Shown here piece after piece: positions 20,396 to 29,484 of a stretch of DNA of 64,000 nt (within the stretch, counting starts at the first letter, position 1; each line of letters starts with the position of its first letter). Origin of the DNA: an uncultured virus (IMG/VR IMGVR_UViG_3300030508_000022) (Duplodnaviria > Heunggongvirae > Uroviricota > Caudoviricetes); IMG/VR virus record IMGVR_UViG_3300030508_000022, positions 1 to 64,000 of that record. One strand, 5' to 3'. The notes beneath the pieces were generated by a model. It did not search any database, was not told the DNA's origin, and worked only from the letters and a program-made list of their open reading frames with translations. The translations under genes were made by a program, and so were the position numbers.

Positions 20396-20829
20396 GGGGG
20401 CGCAAGGATTCGACATTGAAATCTGAGACACAACCCACACGTAGAGGATATCAGTTGGCCTCTTTAATCATCTGGTAAAAAGACTAAATGCAGCTACTAT
20501 TCGTAATGCAGCTACGTCGATCCGATCAGCAATGGTCAATGCAGCCGAGGTTCTCTTCAGCAATGAAGATTCCTACGAGCTCGCAGCTGCCTAATAAGCA
20601 GGATCGCTCATAGCGTCACGGTTCAGGGACGCCCGATGCCCAGAACTTCAAAAGGGCACCTCAATTGCTTAATGAGGGTTCAGCCAAGCATGCATCAATT
20701 GCGTTAAGTTGAAAACCTGGGCCCTGTAGTTGTTCATCGCTACAGCCCTTGATTAGATGAACGAAGCGTGTATAAAGGTTAGTTGAAGATTACAGTGGAC
20801 ACGACTATCGTATGTCGTCGCCTCCACCA
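20396..20829 (+). ncRNA. ssrA: tmRNA
   Basis: 5' GGGGGCG-CAAGGATTCGAC, 3' CGCCTCC-ACCA with G3.U pair; tag ORF 20490-20594 ending YELAAA-stop-stop. Confidence 0.95.
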
Positions 20830-20849
20830 TTTATCTCCATCAAGTTCTG

Positions 20850-20878
20850 TTGACTGCTTCTCCATAATGTGATTTAAT
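20850..20878 (+). promoter_or_regulatory. Sigma-70-type promoter
   Basis: TTGACT-N17-TTTAAT, 9 nt before ATG 20888. Confidence 0.6.
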
Positions 20879-20887
20879 AATTGAGAC

Positions 20888-21529
20888 ATGAAAAACTCAA
20901 TTAAAATAATTTGCCATTACTGTGATGAACCAGCCTACAAACCCAAGGGAGAAATAAGTAGGCAAATTAGAAAGGGGGCAGACAAGTTCTTCTGCTCCCT
21001 TTCTTGTTCTGCAAGCTATAGGAACTCAATAAGACCAAATAGGGTAGTAGAAATACATGCAGTGTGTCCACATTGCAAAAAGGAGTTTGATACAGTTTCT
21101 GGTAAGAATAGAAAAACTTTTTGTACCCCAAGCTGTGCATCAAGGGGGAGTATAACTGAAAATAGATTAGAGGGTAACGCCAGGGGTGGTAGGGCTACGT
21201 GTGGAACAAACCTTATTTCGGTTGAAGAAACTCTAAAAAAGAGAGAGGCATGGAAATATGTACGCCTGAAAGATTTTCTTGAATTTCAAAAAGAAGCGTA
21301 TGAGTTTGAGTACAGGATCCCTACCCTTGACTTTGTCCACGACCTTGCTCTAATAAACAGAAAAATAGTTGTAGAGTTTGATGGAGACGAGCACGAAAGC
21401 ATGAAAGCAGAGGACTCTTACAGAGATGGTATTTTGCGTAGCTCTGGGTGGTCAGTATTTAGGATACCAACCAAAAGCAATGCAGTTATTCCACCAGAAG
21501 TTCTTTACCCAATTTTAAAACAAAATTAA
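20888..21529 (+). CDS. Free-standing endonuclease (Zn-ribbon repeats + DUF559/Vsr-like PD-(D/E)xK domain), probable homing endonuclease
   Basis: 'FCSLSC', 'CPHC..FCTPSC'; 'DLAL...IVVEFDGDEH...RDGILRSSGWSVFRI'. Confidence 0.8.
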   Translation: MKNSIKIICHYCDEPAYKPKGEISRQIRKGADKFFCSLSCSASYRNSIRPNRVVEIHAVCPHCKKEFDTVSGKNRKTFCTPSCASRGSITENRLEGNARGGRATCGTNLISVEETLKKREAWKYVRLKDFLEFQKEAYEFEYRIPTLDFVHDLALINRKIVVEFDGDEHESMKAEDSYRDGILRSSGWSVFRIPTKSNAVIPPEVLYPILKQN

Positions 21530-21800
21530 GGGAGTCGAGACCCAAACCGACTTGAGCTTTCCCAGCTCTTGTAGGTTAACCTCCAGTCCCTTGTCCAATA
21601 CCATGGACTGGGACTGGACAATTTCTGCAGAAAGAAAGCTCATTGGCACTTCCCTGGTGGGCTGCCGATCAAGAGGGGTACAAGTCCCAACACCAGGCCA
21701 ATTTATCTCGAAAGAGATAAAGCTACGGTCATTGAGGGGTCTACAACTGATAAGGCCGAGTCCCTCGTCTTTGAAGGTAGATAGCGACCTGAGCCGTAGT
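21530..21800 (+). ncRNA. Structured non-coding elements
   Basis: Stems gagctttc/gaaagctc, tccagtccc/gggactgga, cctggtg/caccagg+CCA, tttatctc-GAAA-gagataaa, gctacgg/ccgtagt. Confidence 0.45.
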
Positions 21801-21807
21801 ATGATTT

Positions 21808-21880
21808 TCTGGGATCGTCTAATGATAAGACACCTTGTGTAAGCAGGGAAATCCGAGGTTCAATTCCTTCGTCCCAGCCA
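21808..21880 (+). tRNA. tRNA-like RNA / pseudo-tRNA (anticodon undefined)
   Basis: CTGGGA/TCCCAG acceptor, GTCT/AGAC D-stem, GGTTCAATTCC T-loop; anticodon loop only 6 nt (TGTAAG). Confidence 0.65.
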
Positions 21881-21889
21881 ATTTCCCTG

Positions 21890-22300
21890 GGGAGGGAAAA
21901 CACCTCTGCGGTTTAGAAATACACTGTGAAAAAACTGTAGTAAATTAAAACACAAAAGTTTTTGTTTACTGGTGAACGGTTTTGTTGTGCTCTAAATCGC
22001 AGAACCTTTTTGCTTTGATTTATTCAAAGCGAAACCCTGGTCAGGGTCTTGTTGGGTATAACAAGATACAACCAAAATCCCACTCCCCCTTGCCTCGGGG
22101 GGTGGGATCCACTTTCTGTAAAAAGTAATACCTACCCCTTAGGGGAAAAACAAAAAGCTCACAAAACCAACCATACCCCACGCGAGTGGGTCGCCCGAAT
22201 CAGAATCCATACAAGCGGATTTTGATTCAATCAAAAGCGACCTGCTGCGTTGGGGATGGATTCCTGTACACCAGAACTGTGTGCTTTTTGTTAGATGCTG
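21890..22300. other. Hairpin-dense non-coding region
   Basis: At least 7 inverted repeats, e.g. 21905-17/21991-22003, 22077-89/22097-108, 22197-208/22217-28. Confidence 0.5.
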
Positions 22301-22304
22301 GAGA

Positions 22305-23006
22305 TTAGGAACCGTACACAGGGTCGCCCTTGTATTTACTCGAAACCGATTTTATCTCGTCTGATAGGGCTTCTGTTATATCGTGGATGTCCCCTTTGGA
22401 CAGCCAAGGTAAAGCATTGATTTGCTTAAAGAGCGTTAGGGCTTGGTCCCGAATATACTCCTGCAATAGACCCATCTGGTAGCTTGTCTGAGCATCCTGC
22501 TTTGCGTGCTCAGATTCTCCATCCACATATTTCTCTGGAAGTTTGGCAAAGTGCAATTGGATAGGCGCTGACTCAAATCCCTCCTGATCCAGGATAGTAC
22601 CAACGAGTGCTGCAATGTCAGGAGAAAAGTGTTCATCTCCTTTTTCCTCATTAAGGCTGACCTCTATGATCCCCCAGACAAATTCCGCTACCGTCATCTC
22701 TGCGATGTCGTTGGGGTCGTTCTCTCCATTGAGGGTAGAACAAATAGCGTTGAAAGCTACCCAATCGTTGTGGAAGCTATCGCTAGTAATCGCGGCAATG
22801 ATAGCATGAAGGCGATCCAAGTTCTCTTCATCAATATCGACATCAAGCTTGTCCTTGAACTCCATTGCGAGAGTCTCGGGTTCCCAGGTGTAGATATCTG
22901 TTCCGAAGAAGTGTAGGGCGATAGCATGGGATACGGTAGCCATCGTGCCAGCGCGAGCCATAATAGCCCCGCAGACCTCTTGGTCTTTAGACTTGTGGAG
23001 TAACAT
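22305..23006 (-). CDS. Hypothetical protein
   Basis: 233-aa ORF coupled to upstream gene. Confidence 0.7.
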   Translation of the reverse strand: MLLHKSKDQEVCGAIMARAGTMATVSHAIALHFFGTDIYTWEPETLAMEFKDKLDVDIDEENLDRLHAIIAAITSDSFHNDWVAFNAICSTLNGENDPNDIAEMTVAEFVWGIIEVSLNEEKGDEHFSPDIAALVGTILDQEGFESAPIQLHFAKLPEKYVDGESEHAKQDAQTSYQMGLLQEYIRDQALTLFKQINALPWLSKGDIHDITEALSDEIKSVSSKYKGDPVYGS

Positions 23007-24019
23007 TACAGGTAGGACGAAAGACGAGTACGCTCATCTTCGCTTAGGCTAGCCAGCTTTGATGGATTGTATTCATCTGTCCCAACCCCAACAAGTTTGG
23101 CGGACTCTTCAGAAAGGGCAAGCTTGAGCACGCCCTGTGGAATTTCGGAAAGCTCTTCATAAGAATAAGAGTCTCCACCAAGATCTACTACTGATGCAAG
23201 CTTTTCTGCTTCTGCACGAGGAGTATTAAAGACGCTAGCAAATGGGTCCTGGATGGACTTCCCGTAGTGGCGAGCCAGAGAGTGCTTCTTGTCAAAGATC
23301 TCCAGAAGCTGTGCCACCTTGAACATACCATTGATATCCTTGTCGTCAGATTCAATTAGGTCGTCTGCGATCTTGCAGAGAGCAACCTTTTCGCTGTTGT
23401 CGTGAATTCTAACGGCACGAGCTTTGATCTCCTGAGCGACCTTCTCTGTGTTAGGGATATTCAGTCCTGCGACCTGTAGGATGCGCTCTGGGATCTCAAT
23501 GTCGTAAGAAGCCATCTTGTCGGCGATCTGCTTTGCACAGGAAACTTTCTGACTAAAATCAAATGTTCCAAATAGGTCATTCACAAAGTACTTAGCAAAC
23601 TTCTTCAGAGACTCCCCGCTACATCCATCAAATACACGAGTGATGTTGTCTACTCCAGTAACGGTAATTGCCCAATCCTGATAGACAACCGCAGCGGTCT
23701 TTGAGTTCTCTTCAGAGAGATCAGCAGCCAGCTCCTCTACCTCTTTTGAGATATTGAAAAGCTGAGCTGCTTTGACGATCCTCTCTTCTACACTAGCACT
23801 CTTTTCGTTTGCCCCATAGTAGTAGGCAGCGCTAACATAAACGTTGCCGGCATCGGTAAGTGGAAGTGATCGGGAATCAGAGTCTGCAAAGGCGGAGTCT
23901 GGAAGAGACTGAAGGTATTCAGAATCGAGCGTCTCAGCTTCCTTAGCGAAAGAAGGAACTTCCCTATTCTGGAAAATCTTAATAAAATTGTGGCCAAAGT
24001 CAGTGTAGAAGTCTTTCAT
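23006..24019 (-). CDS. Hypothetical protein rich in K-x-A motifs (possible virion/head-processed protein)
   Basis: Likely start MKDFYTD at 24019 downstream of TTGCAA-N17-TAAATT; 13 KxA motifs. Confidence 0.7.
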   Translation of the reverse strand: MKDFYTDFGHNFIKIFQNREVPSFAKEAETLDSEYLQSLPDSAFADSDSRSLPLTDAGNVYVSAAYYYGANEKSASVEERIVKAAQLFNISKEVEELAADLSEENSKTAAVVYQDWAITVTGVDNITRVFDGCSGESLKKFAKYFVNDLFGTFDFSQKVSCAKQIADKMASYDIEIPERILQVAGLNIPNTEKVAQEIKARAVRIHDNSEKVALCKIADDLIESDDKDINGMFKVAQLLEIFDKKHSLARHYGKSIQDPFASVFNTPRAEAEKLASVVDLGGDSYSYEELSEIPQGVLKLALSEESAKLVGVGTDEYNPSKLASLSEDERTRLSSYL

Positions 24020-24085
24020 GATGATTACCATAAATTTATCCAAACTCACCAACTATTGCAAGTTTCTTCCTAAAATATAACAATT

Positions 24086-24874
24086 ATGACTCACATACCT
24101 AAGTCACTTATCCCAATGCCACCGCCACCGTGCAAGATAGTTCAGAAAAAAAATCCTGTACCCGATGATGTAAGGAGGAGGCGAGATAATTATAATCTAA
24201 GGGCTAGAATTCAGAGGCATAACGACCTCTTAAATACATTCATATCTCCAGGGGCCATAGCAGTTGCTAGGTTAGGGTTGGTTCCTAAGCACCTAGATGC
24301 CCCCTTCACACGGGCAGAGATCAAGAAATATATCACTGAGTGTAATACTATATTCTATCACTCCACGTGGGCGAAACCCAACAGCTATAAAGATGTAATG
24401 AATGGGCCAATTTTTGACCTGGATTTACCCCGACTAAAGATGCCCATAAGCCCAGACCTAGAGAGACCCGCTACAGACGGACTAATAAAACTTGAGAATA
24501 AGTATGTTATGTCAATCAAAGATCTTCAAAGATGGTTCTATCAGGGATTTAAGCGGTATATGTTTAAAGTGATTCATGAGAATACTCTATACTCATGCGG
24601 AGGTGAGTGGGCTTTAATGTATGAATCAGAGATACTTGCCTCTTTCCCAGAATTGCTCATTTATCCAGGGAGAAAAAGAATTTGGTATCTAGTCCAGATA
24701 ACTAGAGATACTGACTTATCAATAATCGAAGTTAGTATATACAGTCCAGACTATTACCCCATACTAAGTATAGGTACGACTCTGGGTGAGGGTAGCGTAA
24801 TTCCAGAAGAGTATAGGGCTTGGTGGAACCAAGCTGTCTTACCACTACCACCAGATAGAATAGTAGTTGATTAA
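24086..24874 (+). CDS. Hypothetical protein
   Basis: 262-aa ORF. Confidence 0.65.
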   Translation: MTHIPKSLIPMPPPPCKIVQKKNPVPDDVRRRRDNYNLRARIQRHNDLLNTFISPGAIAVARLGLVPKHLDAPFTRAEIKKYITECNTIFYHSTWAKPNSYKDVMNGPIFDLDLPRLKMPISPDLERPATDGLIKLENKYVMSIKDLQRWFYQGFKRYMFKVIHENTLYSCGGEWALMYESEILASFPELLIYPGRKRIWYLVQITRDTDLSIIEVSIYSPDYYPILSIGTTLGEGSVIPEEYRAWWNQAVLPLPPDRIVVD

Positions 24875-24921
24875 GTAAGTCAAATAATTCACGAATAAAT
24901 ACACCAAACAAACAAAATATT

Positions 24922-26133
24922 ATGTTAGGAGACGAAGAGTATCCATTGGCAGACATTGTCGATGAGATGAAGTACCCTTTTTGCCCAAAGTGCAAATCAA
25001 AGGTAGTAGCAGTCAGTAGTCAGCACTCGGTGTGCCTTGGGAATTGCAAATGGATCGGACCATCATCTAGCATCCTAAGGGGGAATGTCATTCTTAAGTC
25101 ACTGATTGCTCAGGAAGGATTTATCAATCTTTCGTATGGATCACCCAATGGACTAAAGAAGATTGCACAGGATATAGCGAAGAACAAGAATTTCCCTGGG
25201 GGAGATGATGAGATAGATGGTAGAGATGTTGGAGCAGCGAGGTGCTTTATCCCCAAGTTTGACGAATTTGGGGAAGAAAGTGACATCGAAGACTTCATGG
25301 AGTCTACTACCAAAAAGAGTTTTAGACTTGGTATGTTCAACCACATGGAAAAAATTGCAGCTATGACTGCGTGCGCAATGCGCAGTAGCCTTACCCACAA
25401 ACTACTCCGGTTTGCTACATCCAGGGTTGTTGATCAAAACTCAATGGTAAGCAATAGGGAATCGTATCTGCTTGGTGATGACAAAACTCCCAATCCAGAT
25501 CTGTTCCGCAAGAAAGCTGCTATAGAGGTAGACAACAGGAAGTCTGATGAATTTATGACAGTTGTAGATATTTATTCTAGCTCTTATGGTAGACCGGACA
25601 CATCTTTGCATGCAAAGTACACCAAAGAGGGAAGTATTCTACAGAATGAATATCCATCAATGAGTATCTCTAAGCACGCGATGACTTGGCAACCACTCTA
25701 TTGGCCAGCTATGAATCTCGAGTCAGATGACCTAATTCGACTAGCTGCGGTTCTTCAGGGTGGAGACGAGAACATCACCTATATTGTGACAGAGAGTATG
25801 GATACTGGAGAGTTCCATGCTGGAGTATACAAGAGAGAGGTCTATAGCCCAGGAGCTCATTTTATAAAATCCAAAGCAACTACTGTGGAGGATGCGATAA
25901 ATAGAATCAGAACCTCATTTGAGAAAGCTATTGTAGCTGCAGACAGGTCTGGACATATCTTAGATTTTTCCTGGCTTCAAGATTGGCAACAGGATATCCC
26001 ATCAGATACAGCGTTCTTTGATATATTGACTGCCCCATTTTGGGATGAGTCAATAGCTTCAGAGATGTTGCACCTGATCGGTCTTTCTAAGAATCAAGTA
26101 TTAAAAGAAATGTACGAAGAAACACAACAATAG
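24922..26133 (+). CDS. Hypothetical protein with N-terminal Zn ribbon
   Basis: 403 aa; CPKC...CLGNC. Confidence 0.7.
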   Translation: MLGDEEYPLADIVDEMKYPFCPKCKSKVVAVSSQHSVCLGNCKWIGPSSSILRGNVILKSLIAQEGFINLSYGSPNGLKKIAQDIAKNKNFPGGDDEIDGRDVGAARCFIPKFDEFGEESDIEDFMESTTKKSFRLGMFNHMEKIAAMTACAMRSSLTHKLLRFATSRVVDQNSMVSNRESYLLGDDKTPNPDLFRKKAAIEVDNRKSDEFMTVVDIYSSSYGRPDTSLHAKYTKEGSILQNEYPSMSISKHAMTWQPLYWPAMNLESDDLIRLAAVLQGGDENITYIVTESMDTGEFHAGVYKREVYSPGAHFIKSKATTVEDAINRIRTSFEKAIVAADRSGHILDFSWLQDWQQDIPSDTAFFDILTAPFWDESIASEMLHLIGLSKNQVLKEMYEETQQ

Positions 26134-26140
26134 GGGTCCA

Positions 26141-29100
26141 TCAATAATTCCCGAATCTACCGACTTCCATTCCGATGTCGTTGATGTAGGAAGCATTGAT
26201 AGATAGGTTCGTAGCCATACCAGCCATTGACGGCAAATCTGTAATACCTAGGGCTGCCATGAAGATGGCATATCCAAGGGCGTGCAGAAAGTCGTCTGGC
26301 TTGTCCTGATAGCGGCTGTAGCGTCGAATAGTGGCTCCATGAGAGTTTGTTGCGTCCTCAGTGAAGGTAGCGAGCAAATCTCTGGAATACTGCTCGAACC
26401 AGCCTCCCTTAGGAAACCGAATCCGCTGAGCCTTGATAAGAGTGAACACGATGTAAATCAGTGTTGTTCTATCTACGGTAAAGCAATTGTTGGTATTGGG
26501 CATGAAGAACTTCTTGGTGGTCCCATAGGCAATAGAACCTGTGGGCACCCCCATGTAGGCTCCAAGGTTGGGGTTCTGTACGGATCCAACGAATCCAGCA
26601 TCAGCTCCTACAATTTCAATTCTACTTCCGGTTACGCTTTTGAGGTAATCTCCGATAACATAGTGACGCTGCTCATCCGGCAATCCTGTGGGCCTAATAG
26701 CCCCTAGAACGTCGAAGCAGCCGTCTCTGTACCCGACGGCTACACCAACAGTAAAGCTGACCACCTCAGCACCGCCCCAGTCAACGCCCCCAGCTACCCT
26801 GTGGTAGATCTGAGCGTTTGGTGGTTCGTGTTGGTCTATGTCTAAGATACTAGCCTCTTTAATGTCCTTCTGAGTGATTGGAACACCGCCCTGTGAGGTG
26901 GGTATTCCTAAGCACTCTTGGAGAAATCTAGATTGTGAATATGCGCTAGACCCATGAAGTTTATTATAAATAGTTTCGATGTATCTATCGTGTGGAAATA
27001 TACGGTCTGGAACAATAATTTGGGGGACATGATACCCCTCTGAGTCACGGTGGATTGGGTCGTATTCGTACGACCTAATCCACTTTCCTCTGGTCACATC
27101 TATTACCTTGCCACATTTTATGCAGCAAATCCCTTTGATCTGAATCATTTCCAAAACTCTTCCAGCTTCGGTAGGTACATTTTCGTGCCCACACCCACAT
27201 TTCATTATCCACTCGTTTTGAGTCGAGTTTTCAAAAAGCTTGGTAAGTGTGTTGTCAACGCCACGAGCGGTTCCGAAATAGCTTTCGTATCGATAATCAG
27301 ATGTTCCTAATGTTTCTCTAATCTGAGGAATGAAGTCTGCATTAAGATCCTGACAGTTGTGTACGCCTATCCCGTTAGCAAAGAATGTGTGGTTCTTCTC
27401 TGTCTCTATATCATATACATCATCTACCCCAAGGTAGGCAATCCCGACGATGTCTGAGAAGTCCTCAGTGCTTCCTTTTTCTTGAGTTTGTTTTCTCTCC
27501 TTTTTTGTATCTGTTTTGCATGGCGCACTGGATCCTGTCTCAGCCTCATTCCGGTTTCCCTTCCCCTTTTTCTTGAAGCCTCTAAGTTCTCCCAGTATCT
27601 CTCTTTGCGTTTTGTGTTCATGGCGTCTCGATTCCTTTCCACCCATCTTGTCTTTACTCCCTTCTTGGCGATAGCACTGCACTTCTCGCCACAATACGGT
27701 TGGATCCCATTCCCCACGAATGGTTGCCCACAGAGCCTGCATGGCTTCTCCAGGTTTACTTCCTGATAGGCCCACTTGTACTCCATCTCTGGGAATGAGT
27801 ATATCCTGGTGTTTTCTAAGAGCACCTTGGTCCCAACCACATCCACTGTGATTATGTAATACGTCTTGTTCCTGCTTTTCTTCTTTATTTTTATGGCTTT
27901 GCAGCTCACTCCATTTTCTTTTAACCAGCTCACCAATAGACTGGATTCCTCTTTTGAGAATGATTGGGTATTGAACACAAAACTTCTCCCTGTATTGGAT
28001 AGGCTCCCATCGTCCATCATCCACCACGCAATCGCTTCCCAGGTCAAGTGTTTGACCCATTCTTGAGTTACCTTCTTCTTTGGCAAGCCCTTGTCTGAAG
28101 TACCCGTGTAGCAGATCTGGTGTATAGAGTCTAGGCATGGAGCACTTAGGGATCCAAAAACGCAGCTTTTCTCCCCCCAGCCCCTGTTCTCTACAATCTT
28201 GGGCTTTGTCCTCACTAGGTCCCCCAACACTTCCGCTTTGCGGTTGCAGTATCGTTCCTGACACTGGCCGTGTGTTACGTAATACTTGGGGTGGGATCTT
28301 GGAGTGGTACCACCCACTTTTGTCAGACAGGAATCTCCCAATAGTGTCCCAAAGACCATTTGCTCTTGACTGTGATTTAATGGCCTTAGCTTTGCTTGCT
28401 CTTGGGCATCTGTTAGCTTCATGCCACGGTAGTATTTCTGCAAGGTATATCCATCCCCTGTCGGACATGATTCGCTCGTTCCCTGTGCAGTCGAGGTGGT
28501 CCCCGTTGGATAAAATGATTCGCCAGACGTGTCGTTTGCCTTTGTGCTTAATTGATTTAATTGTGTCATATTCTAATTTTAACGTTGATTCGTTAAATCC
28601 AACAATACGATCCCCTGGTTTTTTGTCAACTAGAGTGTCAAGATTGATCCCGTCAAATAGGGCTGTAGAGCCCAAATTGCATTCATCCAGGTAAACTTCA
28701 TCGGTCGTCACCCCCAATGAATTAGATACGTTATTGAAGCAAGAAATGCCCACAAATCTGCTCCCACTTACATAACTCTTTTCGTTGACATTAGCTGTAC
28801 AGGTGTTATTCACAACCGGCCATGGCAATAGCTTGCCCTGGGTCATTGGAGCCATAAACATTGAGTGTAGACGCTGAGTATAAATGCTTAGTGGGGCAAC
28901 ATACATTACTCTAAAATATGACCTCCACCAGCAGTTCATTAATATAGATGCACTGATGCTCGTAGATTTTCCTAATTGACGAGCGCACATGTAAACATGC
29001 TTTCTAACCTTTCTGGTTTTGCTAAAAATCCCAGCAAACATCGGACGACGGTGTAAAATATTTAAAGGTTTCCCTTGGAAACTTATACTTGCGGGTACTA

Positions 29101-29185
29101 GGTCGACCAAGTCGATCTTGTTTGATAGTTGGCCATACAGGCGCTCCAGTTCCTTATCGCTTACTGGGATGATTTGTTTGTCCAT
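26141..29185 (-). CDS. terL: Terminase large subunit, intein-containing
   Basis: Walker A 'ARQLGKS', Walker B 'VYLDE', motif III 'YFGTAR', nuclease 'GGVDWGG' and 'PDDFLHALGY'. Confidence 0.92.
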   Translation of the reverse strand: MDKQIIPVSDKELERLYGQLSNKIDLVDLVPASISFQGKPLNILHRRPMFAGIFSKTRKVRKHVYMCARQLGKSTSISASILMNCWWRSYFRVMYVAPLSIYTQRLHSMFMAPMTQGKLLPWPVVNNTCTANVNEKSYVSGSRFVGISCFNNVSNSLGVTTDEVYLDECNLGSTALFDGINLDTLVDKKPGDRIVGFNESTLKLEYDTIKSIKHKGKRHVWRIILSNGDHLDCTGNERIMSDRGWIYLAEILPWHEANRCPRASKAKAIKSQSRANGLWDTIGRFLSDKSGWYHSKIPPQVLRNTRPVSGTILQPQSGSVGGPSEDKAQDCREQGLGGEKLRFWIPKCSMPRLYTPDLLHGYFRQGLAKEEGNSRMGQTLDLGSDCVVDDGRWEPIQYREKFCVQYPIILKRGIQSIGELVKRKWSELQSHKNKEEKQEQDVLHNHSGCGWDQGALRKHQDILIPRDGVQVGLSGSKPGEAMQALWATIRGEWDPTVLWREVQCYRQEGSKDKMGGKESRRHEHKTQREILGELRGFKKKGKGNRNEAETGSSAPCKTDTKKERKQTQEKGSTEDFSDIVGIAYLGVDDVYDIETEKNHTFFANGIGVHNCQDLNADFIPQIRETLGTSDYRYESYFGTARGVDNTLTKLFENSTQNEWIMKCGCGHENVPTEAGRVLEMIQIKGICCIKCGKVIDVTRGKWIRSYEYDPIHRDSEGYHVPQIIVPDRIFPHDRYIETIYNKLHGSSAYSQSRFLQECLGIPTSQGGVPITQKDIKEASILDIDQHEPPNAQIYHRVAGGVDWGGAEVVSFTVGVAVGYRDGCFDVLGAIRPTGLPDEQRHYVIGDYLKSVTGSRIEIVGADAGFVGSVQNPNLGAYMGVPTGSIAYGTTKKFFMPNTNNCFTVDRTTLIYIVFTLIKAQRIRFPKGGWFEQYSRDLLATFTEDATNSHGATIRRYSRYQDKPDDFLHALGYAIFMAALGITDLPSMAGMATNLSINASYINDIGMEVGRFGNY
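27356..28681 (-). mobile_element. Intein (442 aa) inserted directly after Walker B
   Basis: Begins C169 'CNLGSTALFDG', block B 'LDCTGNERI', ends 'VYDIETEKNHTFFANGIGVHN' followed by +1 Cys. Confidence 0.92.
27424..28422 (-). CDS. LAGLIDADG homing endonuclease encoded in +1 frame inside the intein
   Basis: 'MVFGTLLGDSCL' and 'IAWWMMDDGSL' motifs, 'FNTQSFSKEE', C-terminal CxxC...CxxxC; probable start MKLTD at 28422. Confidence 0.88.
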   Translation of the reverse strand: MKLTDAQEQAKLRPLNHSQEQMVFGTLLGDSCLTKVGGTTPRSHPKYYVTHGQCQERYCNRKAEVLGDLVRTKPKIVENRGWGEKSCVFGSLSAPCLDSIHQICYTGTSDKGLPKKKVTQEWVKHLTWEAIAWWMMDDGSLSNTGRSFVFNTQSFSKEESSLLVSWLKENGVSCKAIKIKKKSRNKTYYIITVDVVGTKVLLENTRIYSFPEMEYKWAYQEVNLEKPCRLCGQPFVGNGIQPYCGEKCSAIAKKGVKTRWVERNRDAMNTKRKERYWENLEASRKRGRETGMRLRQDPVRHAKQIQKRRENKLKKKEALRTSQTSSGLPTLG

Positions 29186-29484
29186 AAATAATAGAAACCA
29201 CTTGTAATAGTGGTGGCAGTTAAAATAAATAAGCTAAAAGGGGTGTTCAGTAAAGAAATTATTGAACACTTTATAAATATATGTATAGTCAAGCATTACA
29301 ATTCTTGTTTGCGCACATCGAAAGATTTGGTGAAAAAATAGTTCTTGCATCCTGCTCCAAAAGAATGGATAAGGTATTACGAGCACCAACCTTTGAAGAG
29401 CTATATGAGAATCCACAACGATATAAAGGTCGCTTCCTTGTATAAAGGAGCACCAACAATTGGTAATGTTACAAATAATTAAAG

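Noticed and set aside
21672..21760. Twister or hammerhead ribozyme (ggggtacaagtccc; ctgataag)
   Set aside because: Partial resemblance only; remaining conserved core nucleotides and stems not found
26282..28694. Plus-strand ORFs opposite the terminase (e.g. 26282..26707, 28137..28694)
   Set aside because: Antisense shadows of a well-supported gene; no motifs
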